From: Eledone cirrhosa
Lineage: Eukaryota
DNA length: 64,000 bases
Direction of reading: 5' to 3'
NCBI GenBank assembly: GCA_964016885.1
Contig: OZ024743.1
Coordinates: 294,872,001-294,936,000, forward strand
Shown here: positions 26,765 to 40,109 of the stretch, one piece after another
Numbering within the stretch: the stretch's first letter is position 1
Layout of the letters: each line of letters begins with the position of its first letter
The notes under the pieces: generated by a model
The model's input: only the letters and a program-made list of their open reading frames with translations
What the model was told of the DNA's origin: nothing
Databases searched by the model: none
Program-made: the position numbers and the translations under genes

Positions 26765-27485
26765 CTCTATGCAATGGGTTCGCGTAGGGCTGTTATATAC
26801 TCTTTATAAACACACTAAAGAATCAATGCATTTGCAAACTAACACATGTTTCAGCCGTAAGCACTTCATCCCGGGGTCATACAGATTTTTAGATTTTAAA
26901 ATTAACAAAAATATTTTAAAATTTTAAAAAGTGTTTATGGTTTTATGCCAGGACCTTCAGGAATTTAGTCTAGCATGTCGATATTTCATATGGGTTCATA
27001 ATTTATATATATACATCAAAACAATGAGAACACCAAAGACGACAGATAGCAAGAACACAGAAGAAAGTACGAAATTTCGAGAATCTCCAACCACTCTATA
27101 TTTAATTCACATGAAGAAATAAAGGGTTTACCTAAATGTCTTTATCAAATACGCTTTAACAAGATTAAAAACGAGATTATAGCTTCATTAATCAGTTTAA
27201 TTATATATTATATTATGTTGTCTGCGCAAGTATGATGTGTTTTGTGTGAGATTTACAAGCTAATATTCATAATTAGATTTAGTTTATCATTGATAAAATC
27301 ATGAGAAAAAGTTTGCAGGAATGTGTTCTAAAAAATTTTTTTTTTTTTTAATTTTAAACTTTGAAAATATGTAACCATATGACACTGGGATGAAGTATTG
27401 TCGGCTGAAATATGTATTAGCTTCAAAATTTTTTATTTTGTGTTTTTTATAACTATTATATATAACACGATGCGAATTAGGATAC
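26765..27485. repeat. Diverged inverted repeat, arms about 26765-26925 and 27335-27485
   Basis: tttcagccg...cttcatcccggggtcata against tatgacactgggatgaag...cggctgaaa; HHR-like remnants. Confidence 0.55.
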
Positions 27486-27656
27486 GGCGGATATCAAACA
27501 TGTTGGAAAAGTATCTGAAGCTTTCAGTGTAAATTTACTACAGAATAAAGTCCAATATCAGGACATATGAACAAATGTTAGGAAACAATGAGCTTCGTAC
27601 GTGGGAATCGAACCCAGTCATCTTATTTTCACTATATACACTCATATACACGTATA

Positions 27657-27740
<84 letters not shown>

Positions 27741-28130
27741 CGTGTGTGTGTGTGTGCGTATGTGTGAGTGTGTGTGTGTATATATGTGTGTGCGTATGTG
27801 GTAATTTCTTATACTACGCCTCCAGAAAGTAATTTGTTTCATGAGATTTTATAATAGAAAAGGTGAATGCATTTGTCAGTGCTTTTACGGTTATACTGAA
27901 ATCCCAAATAAACAATTAATCACACGTATATTTCCGGGGTGATCTTTTCTTCCGCTTCCCATATAAACGAATACATATTCTTTTTTTCTTTACAATGATC
28001 TGAACAAGAATGCTCTTTACTTTCATTAGGGAATGTTATTTTTATTTTCAAATGCAGTCGTATTCTAATATAATTCATCTTCTCAATGATAAAACATCAT
28101 GCAGGTAATTTTAAAAACGTATTTCATATA

Positions 28131-28226
<96 letters not shown>

Positions 28227-28743
28227 CTTGTGTGTGTGTGTGTGCATGTGTGTGTGCGTGTGTGTGTGTGCATGTGTGTATGTGTGTATGTGAATGTGTG
28301 TGCATGTGTGTGTGTTTGTGTGTAAACTATAATAGTTCATACGAAGCATTGTGAGATAGGCAATAAAAGAACGATACACTTAAAAAGCTTGTCCAATGAG
28401 GTAGAAATAGATAAATAGCAATGAATAAGAAGTGAAACAAAATAAAGTTTTACCTAGTATATTTCAAAATCATATATCAGGATGACTACCATCTTTTCAA
28501 ATGTGAATATGAAACGATTCAAACCTTAAACAGTTCTATAACAGTCCTATATGTCAATCGGCATGCAGGATTGTTAAAGAACAAATGATTTAACATAATA
28601 GCAGAAGTTTTGATGATGCCAAACGGAGAAAACAGACTTTGCTAACATCAACTTTATTATACATGTTATAAAGATCCTTTACACACATACACACACACGC
28701 GCACACATACGCACACGTACACACACACACACACACACACATG

Positions 28744-28786
<43 letters not shown>

Positions 28787-28789
<3 letters not shown>

Positions 28790-28900
28790 TTTATCACGGG
28801 TTCAATCGGGGGTAACCACAGTAAGTAAGTACTCAATACAAAGCAGGATAGTAATATTTAATGTAGAAAGGATTCTGCAGGACTAGAACTGTTTCATTCC
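28787..28900 (-). mobile_element. Short PLE-end-like repeat family E; copies at 48465-48560, 49530-49675, 51863-52025, 57118-57305
   Basis: Shared gaatgaaacagttctagtcctg.agaa and ttgagtac...gtggttacc...gattgaacc termini abutting (TA)n. Confidence 0.6.
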
Positions 28901-29419
28901 AGTGGCGTGCATAGAGCTAACTCAGTTGAAAAGACTCGGCTGCTATTTATAGTTGTCGATAACCCTATTCACGGCACTGGGATGAAGCTGGTACGATGTG
29001 TGTATTTTAAAAAAATGCTAGTCATTCGCGGCTTTGAATTTGCTGTGTAAACACAGATAGTAAATCTTCTCCCTTGTTGAACATCGGCGATTTGGCTACT
29101 GTGGTCTACCGTTCGATTGATGGTGAAAAATATTTCTTTAATGAAATATATACAAGGTAGATTAATCAATTTAAAAGGTATCTATATTTAAAGTTCTAGT
29201 TAAACTTTAATTAGTTACCTACCTAGATATGTGTGCTTACACACTTTTACAAATTATTCCCTGTGATTGTTTCATGTGTTTATTATATATATATATACAT
29301 ATATGTCAATCAATTTCAAGTTGATATAAAATAGTCGGATGTAATCATTGGAATCTTGGAGCATATTCTTCAGTGTCTATGGCGCATGTCTCTCTGACAT
29401 GACACCCTTAATTTAATTT

Positions 29420-29462
<43 letters not shown>

Positions 29463-29485
29463 TATATATATATTATATATATAAT

Positions 29486-29518
<33 letters not shown>

Positions 29519-29537
29519 TATATATATATTATATATA

Positions 29538-29576
<39 letters not shown>

Positions 29577-29705
29577 GTGAGGTTTTTTTTACAAGATGAA
29601 AAATAACCGAGGTGTCCTACACGAGTGGAAGTATAAAGAAAAAGGGATGAAATCGAAAATGCAACTGAAGTCTTATTTTTTTAAAAAATATATATTTATT
29701 TGGTT

Positions 29706-29743
29706 CCTTTACCGGTTTCGCAGTTCTTCTGCTTTTCAAAAGG
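29706..29743 (-). ncRNA. Minimal type I hammerhead ribozyme, U3-A8 variant
   Basis: Minus strand: cctt-TTGAAAA-gcag aagaa ctgc-GAAA-ccgg-TA-aagg. Confidence 0.85.
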
Positions 29744-29813
29744 TCAGTTGAGATGGAGGGTCTGTGGTTTTTCTCACATGTGAGAAAAACCACAGACCGT
29801 CCATCTCAACTCA

Positions 29814-29851
29814 CCTTTTGAAAAGCAGAATAACTGCGAAACCGGTAAAGG
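29814..29851 (+). ncRNA. Minimal type I hammerhead ribozyme, U3-A8 variant
   Basis: cctt-TTGAAAA-gcag aataa ctgc-GAAA-ccgg-TA-aagg, AATAAA downstream. Confidence 0.85.
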
Positions 29852-29918
29852 AACCAAATAAATATATATTTTTTTAAAAAATAAGACTTCAGTTGCATTT
29901 TCGATTTCATCCCTTTTT

Positions 29919-29964
<46 letters not shown>

Positions 29965-30269
29965 AAGGACGATTTGTTATGTCCTCGTTACGTTTATTGA
30001 GTAGCGATACGCATTTCGCTGTTGATCAGCTCAAGGTTCGATCTGTATCAGCATAGCCCGCCTCTGGAATCAAATGCTCTTCGGATCGCTGCTGTGATAA
30101 TGCCATTAACAGAAGTCCAATGAGCTGTTGGTTCCTGAAACGGGCTAGATTGATACAGATTGAACCTGGAACTGATCAACAGCGAAACGCGCGTCGCTAC
30201 TCAAGTAACGTAATGAAGACATAACAAAGCAACGTAATGTAGACATAAGAAATCGTCCTTTAGAGCGAT

Positions 30270-30445
30270 GGTTTGGCTGTACCTGTAGAGCGTCAGACAC
30301 CATGCTTTGCAGCATACTTATGGCCCTTTGCGTTCTGAATTTCAAATCCGCCGAGGTTAACTTTGCCTTTCATCCTTACGAGGTCGATAAAATAAAATAC
30401 CAGTGGTGCACTGGGGTAATCGCTGATCTTGTGCCAAAACTATTT
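30270..30445 (+). mobile_element. Nin-like SINE
   Basis: Match to 165-348. Confidence 0.8.
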
Positions 30446-30548
30446 TTATTATTATAATTACTCTGCTTAGATCTACACCTTTTAACCGACTGGAAACTAT
30501 GCATCGAGTGCTCACTCGAGTGAACCTACGGTAACTGCACGTTACATT

Positions 30549-30623
<75 letters not shown>

Positions 30624-30769
30624 TTTTGAGTTTATGTTGGTTGTATACCAACACCTCAGTATGCAGGCTGGAGCACTCGACGAAGTGCGCAGGTTGATTT
30701 GGTTACTCCGGCGTAGTGTAAAATAAAGTTAAATAAAAGTCAAATGATTAAAATTTAGCTTCGTTTATT

Positions 30770-30825
30770 ACTGCTATATATATTTTCAGTGACAGCCATC
30801 TTTGGCTGTGACCTCTTCAGGCAGT
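30770..30825 (-). ncRNA. Type I hammerhead ribozyme, family B (one extra A after GAAA)
   Basis: Same motif as 22436-22490. Confidence 0.8.
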
Positions 30826-32017
30826 TTGAATTAGTATGGTATAGACAAGTACATATGTTGTTTAGGTGTATGATATTGTCAATACTCTGATATGCCCAGT
30901 TCCTTGCTGGGTTGTTAATTCACTGGGGAACTGGAGTCATATGAATTCAAACAAACGAATTTTCGTGTCACAGGTCCCCTTCTCCTCTCATTGGTCAGTT
31001 ATTAGTGTTGTCATTGTTGGAGTTAGCTTAAAAATTGATAAAATGGTAGAAGGGACAAGGTGTTGAAGGAACAAAATATCAAAAAATGTGTCAAACTTCC
31101 CATTGTTCAGTTCTGAGAGCATTCCTCAGTCAGAAGTCTATAGAATTCTTTCTGGGGTGAGGCTCCCTGTAGTGTTTATGCCTGCTATTGTTCAGTACAT
31201 TTGACCTCCACCATTATTTTGGTACTGTTGTTGTTGTAGTGGTCAGCTTATACCTTGCTGCTGCTAACAATTTAGAAATATTCAGTTTGTGTTTTCTCTT
31301 CATCCCACCCGCCACCATCGTAGTGGTGGTGGCGGGGGGGGGGGGGGTTCTTTCATGTATATGAAGAAATATAAGGCAATAAATGAAGAAAACAGAAGAT
31401 AAATAAATAATATAATAAAATAAAATAATTAATATAATTTGTGTAATTTGAAAATAAATAAATAAATAAATAGAGAATAAAGAATAAAGAGTAAATGAAA
31501 GATTGGTGAAAAAGTAATGATAATGTATATGGAGAAGTGAGAAATAATGTAGGATAAAGTGTGTGTGTGTGTGTGCTATAACCAATCTCAAGGTCAGAAT
31601 ATGTTGGATAGATTGGTATGATACAAGATGTTAAGATGAGATATTCAATGTGTTTGTGTTATAATCTATCTCAACTTAAAATAAATATAAGGTTATACAG
31701 TGAAGAGGGCAGGAAACAAATAACAAATTAATAAAGAGAAATCAAGATTTAAGATTGGAACTTTAAAGTCAGAAATCTGGTAAATTAAAAGTGTTTGTGT
31801 TATAGATGTTGGCCAGATTATTATGGCTGTGTCCGATTCTATCTCTAGGCTATCATGGTGTCTGCTCCGCCTGGGTTGTTCCCTATGGCTTGAGGGGAGT
31901 TCACAACCTAGGGTGTTGTAATTGTCCATATAGCTTGAGGGAGGTCTGGCCGAGAGGTGTTTTCATGTTCTGTAGAAGTCCCTATAGCTTGAGGGGAGTT
32001 CACATCTTCTTGTGTTG

Positions 32018-33397
32018 CTACTGTCCATATATTTTGAGAAAGGTCCCGGCTCTAAGGTGTCTGCATGTCCCGAAGAAGTCGGTTCTGAGGTTTATCAGGC
32101 CGCTTCCACCTCTTAGTATCTCGAGGGTCTCGTTCAGGCATAGTTTGCATATGCAAGATCCCCCTTTATCGGGTGGTACTTTCCTGATTATGTACCAGGC
32201 CAGAGAGTATGGGGTCCTGTCCAGCTTAAGCTTCCAGATCAGGTCGGAGAGAGCTGTGCTTTTCCTTTTGGCCTCCTTCTTGAATGAATGGCGATGGTTG
32301 TACCAGCGGTCCTTAAAGCTCGTTGATGTGGCTCCTATGTAGAGGTGTTCGGAGTTGGGGGTTTTAACCCTACAACCGTACACTATGTTCTTCTTGAGAC
32401 ATTCATTACCAAGGGGGCATGATTCGGGGTTTCTACAGTTGCAGAGGGTGGGCGGCCTCTGCGTGCTTAGATTAGGGTTCTCATTATGTGTTACATGTTG
32501 GTCTTCCCCCATGCTCGGTGGGGGGTCCTTGGGTCTGTTTGTGTTTCTTGGGTGGGCTCTGGGTCCCCCCTTCCCTCCTTTCACATGGTTCTGCTGAGTG
32601 TTTGTATTGCCATCTTCTGGTTGTGTGTGGTTTTTAAGCCTACTTCTGTTGATGCTAGCTATGTGTTGGGCCAAATTTCTCGTGGTGGAATACGAAAGCT
32701 TCACAGTGTGTCTGTTGAAGATCCTGTGGTATCTGTGGTCCCTCGGGAAGCATTTGTCAAGTGCTCCAAAGAACAATCGGGCCAAGCTTTTCTTTAGGGC
32801 CTCTGAGTAGGGCTGGGTTGTACCACGTGATTTGTCGGTGTCTCCTCCTATATGTGTGGGTTGGGGGCTTCGTGATTTGTTGGAGATTTGTTGGTTTGCT
32901 GGTGGTTTCCGCACTGTTGCTTCCCTTTTGGGCTCTATACTTTTTGTTATCTTCACGGCCCGGATTTGTGGGGTGGTTGTTGTCTGCCCCGGGAGATCCA
33001 TCGTGGGGTGGTCGCCCGTTTCCCCCCCCCCACGTGTCCTGCGGTTGGGGTTGTCCGTCCTGGGGTAGTTAGCATCACGCCTGAGACTGCTACTCATATT
33101 GTGCTCCATCTCGTGGTCAAGCGCACTAGTCCCCACCGCCCGTGTGGTGGTGTCTGGTACATGGTGCCTATTTGATTTTGCTCTGCCTGTATTGTTAGGG
33201 TTCGCCCTCCCCCCTCTGGTAATGCGGTTGTAGGTGTCTGTTGGGCTATCCACCTCCCGGCTTTTCGGACTATATGTTATATTTTGTCCATGTGCCGCCT
33301 TCTTTAGAGCTGCGTTGTAATATTCCGCGTGGTTGTTGAATATTTCCTTACTTGCGGACAGGCTGGAGATCCTAATAACACTAATAACTGACAACAC
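32018..33397 (-). CDS. 5'-truncated PLE ORF: thumb end, long low-complexity linker, intact Naiad-type GIY-YIG endonuclease
   Basis: 459 aa open frame; CNCRNPESCPL..CL..NIVYGC..YIGATSTSFKDRWYNH..STALSDLIW..CKLCLNE..CRH. Confidence 0.85.
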   Translation of the reverse strand: MLSVISVIRISSLSASKEIFNNHAEYYNAALKKAAHGQNITYSPKSREVDSPTDTYNRITRGGRANPNNTGRAKSNRHHVPDTTTRAVGTSALDHEMEHNMSSSLRRDANYPRTDNPNRRTRGGGETGDHPTMDLPGQTTTTPQIRAVKITKSIEPKREATVRKPPANQQISNKSRSPQPTHIGGDTDKSRGTTQPYSEALKKSLARLFFGALDKCFPRDHRYHRIFNRHTVKLSYSTTRNLAQHIASINRSRLKNHTQPEDGNTNTQQNHVKGGKGGPRAHPRNTNRPKDPPPSMGEDQHVTHNENPNLSTQRPPTLCNCRNPESCPLGNECLKKNIVYGCRVKTPNSEHLYIGATSTSFKDRWYNHRHSFKKEAKRKSTALSDLIWKLKLDRTPYSLAWYIIRKVPPDKGGSCICKLCLNETLEILRGGSGLINLRTDFFGTCRHLRAGTFLKIYGQ

Positions 33398-33576
33398 TAA
33401 TAACCGACCAATGAGAGGAGAAGGGGACCTGTGACACGAAAATTCGTTTGTTTGAATTCATATGACTCCAGTTCCCCAGTGAATTAACAACCCAGCAAGG
33501 AACTGGGCATATCAGAGTATTGACAATATCATACACCTAAACAACATATGTACTTGTCTATACCATACTAATTCAA

Positions 33577-33631
33577 ACTGCCTGAAGAGGTCACAGCCAA
33601 AGATGGCTGTCACTGAAATATATATAGCAGT
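33577..33631 (+). ncRNA. Type I hammerhead ribozyme, family B
   Basis: Identical to 22436-22490. Confidence 0.88.
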
Positions 33632-33675
33632 AATAAACGAAGCTAAATTTTAATCATTTGACTTTTATTTAACTT

Positions 33676-33831
<156 letters not shown>

Positions 33832-34341
33832 GTCTGTGCGTGTGTCTGTGTGTGTCTGTGTTTGTGTGTGAGTGTGTGTGTGTATGTACATATATAAATA
33901 TATTTATATATATACTTCTTCGTTTAATATATAATACACTGCCTTATGGTTGAGTAAAACTTTGGCCAAATCGAACTAATTTTGCTAGTAGCACGTAGCC
34001 TGCCATTGTCCACATTTACCAGCCTTCTATGGGTCAATTGTCACGTAATAGTTCTTTCTTTCGAAATTTTCAGACACCGAACGGCTGGGAATTCTTGTCT
34101 TGAATTTTATTTCTGGACCGAGAAAATCTACAGATGATTTGAGATTTCTACTCGGAGTATCGTTATTTTCTCAATGAAACTGCAGTAGGGACATACGAGT
34201 GAGTAAGGAAATACTTTTTTCTTATCTTGTTTGCTTTTCCTGTATATGATTTGCTTAGGCTCTGAATAAGTCGAACGCCCTGTATGTATCTACACTTGTA
34301 TCTATACTCGTGTAGAGTTATATATAATTCTTTGCTTAATA

Positions 34342-34448
<107 letters not shown>

Positions 34449-34644
34449 GCGTGTGTGTGTGTGTGTGTATGTGTGTGTGTGTGTGTGATACTTTTGTCGG
34501 CCTGTTGTGGCTGTGGCAGAACATATTTGCTGCAGTTATTGTGCAGTTCGTTCGAGACGAGAAACACACGCTCTCGCAACTAACTTCTCAACCTATTCAA
34601 ACCAAACTAAAGATACACCAAGCAAAAACTAAATTCAGAAACGA

Positions 34645-34738
34645 CGACTACTACTACTACTACCACTACTACTACCACTACTACTACCACTACTGCTACT
34701 TGTAGCGGTAACATGATAATGATAAAACAAATGATGCC

Positions 34739-34787
<49 letters not shown>

Positions 34788-34875
34788 GTTTTATAATTAT
34801 GATGATGATGATGATGATGATGTTGATGATGATAATGATGATGGTTAAGATAATTATGATGATGAGGATAATGAG
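34645..34875. repeat. (ACT/ACC)n and (GAT)n microsatellites
   Basis: Direct tandem repeats. Confidence 0.9.
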
Positions 34876-35311
34876 GAAGAAGGAGAGGTGCTGGAAAGAT
34901 GGATGAATATGTGTTTTGCATTAGTTTACATTTATTATTCAACCACTTCATAGTACAAATAGCTGACGGCAAGACATTTTTCGACTAAGCCATTTAACAT
35001 GAAATTTACACATTACGTACTGAACGACATATACTGACGTTAAATGACTCGAAAAGAAAAAAAGGAAATGCTAATATAATGTTTAGTTTGTATTAGTTGC
35101 TTTTGTTTTCCCCCCGTAGTCTAGTATAAAATATAATAGCATGGGAAATCTTCAAGAGTAACGGAAAAAAATAATTATATCTAGATATGCACACATATCC
35201 ACATGCAGCCTCATACATCCGTGTGTACACATTGAGTCAAATGATGCACTCACATGCAATCATATCTCTATGCAAATATATATCTATATACATAAATACA
35301 TATATATATAC

Positions 35312-35448
<137 letters not shown>

Positions 35449-35449
35449 C

Positions 35450-36227
35450 TAATAATAATTAATTGGAAGGCTAAAATACAAAGAGAGCTCGATAAGGATA
35501 AATATATATCAAATATATAAGAACTATAGAGCGAATATTTATTAAAATAACAGATTAAAGTTTAAGCAAAGAATTGCTGCTTTCACCCTTAACGGGAATT
35601 TCTGAAACTAACAATGTCAATCTCTGAACGCAGAAGTGAATATTTCAAAAACCGTACAACCGGAGGAAGAGAGTAAGACGATACTTTGGTTCGTGGAAAC
35701 CTTCCCTGGCAAAGAACGGGAAAAAACGAATATAATGCGTCATTATTTGGAACGGTGAAAAACAATTACACGCAAAGACAAAACCACGTTTATGGTATAA
35801 AAGAAGTCGTAGACTAATATTCTATTAGATGGTTCATAGAGACGTTCTCTGGCAATGAACGGAAAAAACGAAGATAATACGTCATATGTGGAGCGGAAAG
35901 AACAATTGCACGCAAAGACAAAACCACGTAAAAGGTATAACTGAAGTCGTAAACTAAAATTCTAACTACGAAACCGAATGATTCTCAGCTTCAAAGTTAA
36001 GAATAAAGTAAATGAATTACAGAGGTAATTGAAATTAAGTAAATATATACACGGATCCATATACGTACATACACACAAGCATACGCGAAAACACTCGCCA
36101 TAGGTATACAAATACACGCACGTACACAAAAAAAACAAAAAAAAACTGCACGCACACACAGAACCCACGCAACGCCTGTACCCGCACTCATACGAATGTA
36201 TACACCAAATACACATACAAATATATC

Positions 36228-36298
<71 letters not shown>

Positions 36299-39200
36299 TT
36301 TTATGTATACATATAATTAAATAAACGTATATAAATAAATAAATACGCATATAACAAGCCCACACACATACCTACATATAAATACACATATGTACGGAGA
36401 CGCACGTCAACCAAAACACAAAGTACACATATACACATACCTTACATACGTACGAATCCGCATACACACACATACGCAAAACTCCAGTATACACATAACC
36501 AAAGCATATGTACCAGAATATATAATATATACGCCATAACCTATACAATCAAATATACGTACGAGAAAGTATACGTACCAACACAAAACATACAGGTAAT
36601 ATATACTTACCTATACACATACGTAATGGTATAAACATAACATATACTTAGCCTCCACATCAAAACGTAAAATATCCACGTATAGTTCTTACTATCCGTT
36701 AGGGTATAATGTGGGGCTGTCATACAGGAAAGAGTTGTGCAATTTATGTTTACAAGCCGAAATTGCCTCAGATTTGTTGTTAATGATGTTGTCTTTGGAG
36801 TAGAGTATTTCCAGGGTCTCAGCGGCGCAGAGGTCACATGGTCTTTTATTTCCGTTATACGATCTAGCCCTAGCTAGGATCTCCCAGTGTAACTTATATT
36901 GGGTGTGGTTGTCTTTTCGACTCCAGATATAAGCTGAAAGTGACGTCATATTCCTTCTTAAAGTGTAACGAAAAGAATGGGTATGCATGTAAAGACGCTG
37001 CTCGTTAGTAGATAGACGGGCATATTTTCAACGACCATTACCATCAACTGCTACATAATGCTGTAACTAAGGATTACCGTAAAACTAATCGGAGCGCCAT
37101 TAATGAAATCAACGATGCTGGGTTTAAAATCATCTCCGATCTAAACATCCTGGATCGGACTGAACCTCTGGACCATATTTCTCCCCACTTTACCCTGAAG
37201 GATCACAAATCCAATTTTCCGAACAACCCCTCAATTTGGCTTATTAACCCTACGAAGTCCGATTTATATAGACTTAGTAAAAGGATTCTTGATACAATTA
37301 TACCTGAAATTAGAAGTTTGGCCTCTCTTTCACTGTGGAACAATTGTTTCGCGGTGTTTGATTGGTTCAACGGCATATGCAACAAGGAACATTGCCGTTT
37401 TATCCAATTCGACATCAATAATTACTACTCTCCATCACTTTACCACTTCTCCTTAGAGTTATCAATTTCGCTAAAACACTCACTGTGGTGAAGGATTTTG
37501 AAGTTGATGTCATCCTCAATGCCCGTAAGTCGGTGATTAATTTCGACGACTCTATTTGGATTAAAAAATCTAGTAGTACCCATTCGACGTGAGTATGGGC
37601 GCCAGTTATTCTGCGGAGGTTACTGATCTTACCGGCCTTTTCCTTCTTTTTTCTATCAAGGAAGAATTCCCCAACGTAGGCGGTGGTTTGTACCGGTGGT
37701 TTATAACTAAGTGCGGCCCACGTGCTTGCGACAGGTTCATAAAAGAACTCACAGCCTTCTTTAAAGGCTTCAACCTCTCCATGTAGGTTGAGGCCAACCT
37801 CTCGGTCGTTAATTACCTCGAAGTTACCCTCAATTTATCGAATGGCCTGCATTACCCGTATAGAAAGCCGAATGATACGCTTAATTACATAAGTAAGCTT
37901 TCTAACCACCCTGCCAGCATAACCAAGAACCTGGTAAGAAAGGTTTCTTTGAGGCTTTCCCGTATATCTACTAACGAGCATATTTTAAACGACCATTCCA
38001 CATATTACTATGAAGCTCTTGCTCGGAGTGGATTTATCGATAAGGTAGCTTATACAGAGTACGAGAATAGACCTAGAAGAAATAGATCCCGACGCATTAT
38101 ATGGTATAACCCACCATATAATATGGAGGTGGCCACACCATTAGCTAAGATATTTCTCTCCTTTATCACGAAGCATTTTCCACCTACACACAAATATAGT
38201 AACATTTTTAATAGAAATACTATTAAAATTTCTTACTCTACCACTCCTAACCTTGCACATAACATCGCAGCTTCAAATTTAGCTAAACTAACTAGCCGTA
38301 GGAACACGTGCAACCCTGTAGTTAGTACTAACTGTAACTGTAGGAATCGGGTTAACTGCCCCCTATCCGGGAAATGCCTCTCTAGTAACATTGTCTACAA
38401 ATGTAAGGTTGAAACACCCACGTCCCGTAGGGCCTACATAGGGTTAACTGCCAATAGATTCAAGCAGCGTCTTTACATGCATACCCATTCTTTTCGTTAC
38501 CCTTTAAGAAGGAATATGACGTCACTTTCAGCTTATATCTGGAGTCTAAAAGACAACCACACCCAATATAAGTTACACTGGGAGATCCTAGATAGGGCTA
38601 GATCGTATAACGGAAATAAAAGACCATATGGCCTCTGCGCCGCTGAGGCCTTAGAAATACTCTACGCCAAAGACCACTTCTTAAACAAAAAATCTGAGAC
38701 AATTTCGGCTTGTAAACATAAATTGCACAAAACCTTCCTGTATTACAGCCCTACAATATACCCTAACGGATATTTTACGCGGATATTTTACGTCTTGATG
38801 TGGTAGCTAAGTATATGTTATGGTTATACCATTACTTATTTGTATAGGTAGGTATATATTATCTGTACGTTTTGTCATGGTACGTATACTTTCTCGTACG
38901 TAGATTTGATTTTATATGTTATAGCGTATATATTATATATTCTGGTACATATGCTTTGGTTATGTGTCTACTGGAGTTTTGCGTCTGTGTGTGTCTGCGG
39001 GTTCGAACGTATGTAGGGTGTGTGTATATGTGTACCTTGTCTTTTGGTTGACATTCGTCACCGAACATATGTGTATTTATATGTAGGTATGTGTGTGCGC
39101 TTGTTATATACGTATTTATTTATTTATATACGTTTTTTTAATTATATGTATACACACACACACACACACACACACATGTATATATATAAATTTGTTCATA

Positions 39201-39890
39201 TATATTTTTATGTGTATTTCGTGTATACATTCGTATGCGTGTGGGTACAGGCGTTGCGTGGGTTCTGTATGTGCGTGCGTTTTTTTTTGTTTTTTTTTTC
39301 GTATACGTGCGTGTATTTGTATACCTATGGCGAGTGTTTTCGCGTATGCTTGTGTATGTAGGTATATGGATGCGTGTATGTATTTATTTAATTTCAATTA
39401 CCTATGTAATTTATTTACTTTATTCTTAACTCTGAAGCCGAGAATCATTCGGTTTCCTAGTTAGAATTTTAGTCTACGACTTCAGTTATACCATTTACGT
39501 GGTTTTGTCTTTGCGTGCAATTGTTCTCCACGCTCCACATATGACGTATTATCTTCGTTTTTTCCGTTCCTTGCCAGAGAACGTCTCTATTAACCATGTA
39601 ATAGAATATTCGTCTACGAATTCTTTTATACATTAAAAGTTGTTTTGTCTCTGCGTCTAATTGTTTTTCACCGTTCCAAATAAAGACGTATTATATTCGT
39701 TTTTTCCCGTTCTTTGCCAGGGAAGGTTTCCACGAACCAAAGTATCGTCTTCCTGTCTTCCTCCAGTTGTAACGTTTTTTGAAATATTCACTTCTGCGTT
39801 CACAGATTGACTTTGTTAGTTTCAGAAGATCCCGTTAAGGGTAAAAGCAGCGATTCTTTGCTTAAACTTTAATCTGTTATTTTAATTAAT
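35450..39890. mobile_element. PLE family C, longer inverted-repeat copy
   Basis: Left arm 35535-37000 inverted against 38463-39890; RT and GIY-YIG on + strand; (TA)n flanks. Confidence 0.92.
37040..38806 (+). pseudogene. Naiad-type PLE RT + GIY-YIG, frameshifted, catalytic DD deleted
   Basis: TLKDHKSNFPNNPSIWLINPTKSDL, FIQFDINNYYS, SMGASYSAEVTDLTGLF, GGGLYR with DD missing; then ORF 37949..38806 with NIVYKC..YIGLT..FKQR. Confidence 0.92.
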
Positions 39891-40062
39891 ATATATATAT
39901 ATATTTAAGCAAGATGTATGGTAGGTCGTATGTGAATCGCGATAATCACGTCTGACCTACCAACTATGTGACGGTAGCTAGTTAAGCTCTATGCGTATAA
40001 GCAGAGCAGAAATATTAATGAAAAAGAACAAAGGAACTATTATGACATTATAACAAGTTTAT

Positions 40063-40109
40063 TGCCGACAGCCGTTTCGTCCGACCATATGGTGGGACTT
40101 TTCAAGGCA
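40063..40109 (-). ncRNA. Type I hammerhead ribozyme, U3-A8 variant, GUC site
   Basis: Reverse complement of 41626-41672. Confidence 0.85.

Larger units (their letters stand above)
29571..29925. mobile_element. ORF-less 294-bp near-perfect palindrome (29632-29925) with two HHRs and a one-sided tail
   Basis: Symmetry centre 29778/29779 (ctcacatgtgag), about 4 mismatches, (TA)n on both sides. Confidence 0.9.

Noticed and set aside
26850-27415. Functional hammerheads in the diverged inverted repeat
   Set aside because: Cores read GGGATGA and stems pair poorly
31880-32070. CRISPR-like repeat-spacer array
   Set aside because: Degenerate tandem duplication within a eukaryotic retroelement; no unique spacers or cas genes
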